From: Minisyncoccota bacterium
GTDB lineage: Bacteria > Patescibacteriota > Minisyncoccia > Phycocordibacterales > Phycocordibacteraceae
Reading direction: 5' to 3'
NCBI GenBank assembly: GCA_036517735.1
Contig: DATDUD010000020.1
Span: 1-54,048 of the forward strand
DNA length: 54,048 nt
Part shown: piece by piece, positions 52,705 to 54,048 of the stretch
Position numbering within the stretch: the first letter of the stretch is position 1
How the letters are laid out: the number at the start of each line of letters is the position of its first letter
Position numbers and translations under genes: made by a program
The notes under the pieces: generated by a model
What the model saw: only the letters and a program-made list of their open reading frames with translations
Databases searched by the model: none
Told to the model about the DNA's origin: nothing

Positions 52705-54048
52705 ATGCGTGGTTTTTCGATGCTGGAAATACTGATAGCGCTTGCTATAGGAGTCACAAGTATCGTTGGAGCAATGCTTATTACGTTCGGGACGCCTGAG
52801 ATGCTCGCAAACGCACGGCTTGAGTATGTCGCATATAACATCGCAAGTGCTTTACTTACGGAAGCTGAGCTTACGGCGCGATCTAACTTTGATCAAATAT
52901 CCTCTATCGCACCGATTAGTGAAAACGGCTACGAAAGCTCTCTCGAAGTTAGCTACCTGCACGAGGACTTGGCTGCACGCCTAACGGCACGTGTTAACTG
53001 GACTGACACGCGAGGCAGGCGAAAGGAAATCTCTCTCGAATCCTTTATCACTGACCCAGAGTCTGCTCTCGATGACGCTTGCAGCCCTTTCCCGCTGGGA
53101 AACTGGCAGGAGCCCCGCCAAACTGCAAATCATTCCTTAACCAACAATGACCTTTTGCCTGGAGTGTCCGGTCTCTATCCGATAGCGGATGTCGTCACAA
53201 CCAGGGACGCTCTCTTGGCAGGAGTTTCTTCTACGGAACTTCCAACAGACTCTTCCCTTTTTCTTTTTAAACTTGGGAAATCCGGCGAGTTTCCACAGAT
53301 GCAGGGTGCCTTTGACAACGCCTCTACGTCACGCACTGGGTATGCTGCAGTATCTGCAACTGGAGAATATGCATACGCCGCTAACGCCTTCGGGAGCGCA
53401 AGTCCGGTCACATGCAGCACAGGCGCGTGTGCGCAGCTTCACGTATTTGACCTGCGCGATGGATTGAAACTCATAAGCTCGTTTTCTCTTTCTATGGACG
53501 CTCCTCCCTATGCGCAAAGCGCAGGAGGTAAGACAAGTCCTGCAAAAGCGCTTACCTACCGTAAAGGCTACATATATTTGGGTCTTGAAAAGACTCTAAA
53601 CGGAATGGAGTTCAACATTATCGACGTGCATGATCCTGAAGATCCTCATTGGATAGGAGGAGTGGCAGTAGGCAGGAGCGTCAACGACATAAGCATTCAA
53701 GGTACTCGGGCGTATCTTGCGACTAGTGACCCTATGCGCGAATTTATTATTGTAAACATAGAAGACCCGTTTGATCCCCGGATAGTTGGAGTATGGAACG
53801 CGCCGGGTTCTACAAACTTCGGTTTGGGAAATGTAATGCTTGCGAGAGCTGGTCGCATATATATAGGAAGATCGTACGTAGGAAATGCGTCTGAGTTTTA
53901 CGTATTTGAAACGAATGAGCTTACAACCCCCGTTTATGAGTATGACTTTGGAACTATCCTTACTCCCCGGAGCGTAAACGGAATTATTGCGCGTGGTCCG
54001 CTCCTGGCAATTCTTGTGGGAAGTCGCCTTGAGCTTTGGCACAGGAAT
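52705..54048 (+). CDS. prepilin-like protein fused to LVIVD-repeat beta-propeller (partial, continues beyond window)
   Basis: My own translation; the ORF is open to the window end. MRG-FSMLEILIALAIG class III signal. Repeats LHVFDLRDGLKLIS, FNIIDVHDPEDPHWIG and FIIVNIEDPFDPRIVG resemble LVIVD repeats. Confidence 0.8.
   Translation, partial: MRGFSMLEILIALAIGVTSIVGAMLITFGTPEMLANARLEYVAYNIASALLTEAELTARSNFDQISSIAPISENGYESSLEVSYLHEDLAARLTARVNWTDTRGRRKEISLESFITDPESALDDACSPFPLGNWQEPRQTANHSLTNNDLLPGVSGLYPIADVVTTRDALLAGVSSTELPTDSSLFLFKLGKSGEFPQMQGAFDNASTSRTGYAAVSATGEYAYAANAFGSASPVTCSTGACAQLHVFDLRDGLKLISSFSLSMDAPPYAQSAGGKTSPAKALTYRKGYIYLGLEKTLNGMEFNIIDVHDPEDPHWIGGVAVGRSVNDISIQGTRAYLATSDPMREFIIVNIEDPFDPRIVGVWNAPGSTNFGLGNVMLARAGRIYIGRSYVGNASEFYVFETNELTTPVYEYDFGTILTPRSVNGIIARGPLLAILVGSRLELWHRN

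Noticed and set aside
1-54048. CRISPR arrays, rRNA genes, IS transposases, integrases and additional tRNAs.
   Set aside because: I saw no regularly spaced repeats of 25-40 nt. No transposase- or recombinase-like ORFs appear in the track. The only T-loop-like GTTCGA motif with a foldable cloverleaf was at 27235-27321.

Overview
This is a 54-kb stretch of a compact, gene-dense bacterial chromosome with about 75 protein genes, one tRNA, no rRNA and no CRISPR array. The gene content points to a reduced-genome lineage such as CPR/Patescibacteria: a sigma-region-4/HARE-HTH protein, a short AlaRS lacking the C-Ala domain, a short archaeal-type AspRS, a minimal peptidoglycan gene set, type IV pilus genes and many tiny membrane proteins. 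That assignment is inference only and needs a database search. Layout: 0.2-14.8 kb holds housekeeping genes (mltG, mnmA, ung, an M13 peptidase, alaS) mixed with two nuclease genes and several hypothetical membrane proteins. 15.2-19.2 kb holds infA-rpmJ-rpsM-rpsK-rpsD-rpoA-rplQ-rplM-rpsI. 19.5-20.0 kb holds hicBA. 20.0-24.6 kb holds cupin-grpE-dnaK-lipoprotein-dnaJ. 25.2-27.3 kb holds tyrS, a LAGLIDADG homing endonuclease and tRNA-Tyr. 27.6-31.1 kb holds divergent murA (fused to an HTH domain) and murB, then trpS. 31.4-43.6 kb holds aspS, pepA, scpAB, a DD-carboxypeptidase, mraY, ftsW, a Nudix gene, phd/relE, murG, gltX and an M23 peptidase. 43.6-46.8 kb holds small accessory genes. 46.9-49.9 kb is a visibly AT-richer island: about 1.5 kb of repeat-rich non-coding DNA plus a two-gene GHKL-ATPase/STAS-like (DUF4325) module. 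49.9-54.0 kb is a type IV pilus/T2SS-like locus (pilB, pilC, two prepilin-like genes). Most transcription units appear leaderless, with an extended -10 box ending 6-9 nt before the start codon. The best candidate for an undescribed system is the orphan GHKL-ATPase + STAS-like pair and its repeat-bearing island. Secondary candidates are the HTH-MurA fusion with a palindromic divergent promoter, the homing endonuclease ORF that terminates inside the tRNA-Tyr anticodon loop, and the ATP-cone/Mrr-like + Cas4-like nuclease pair.
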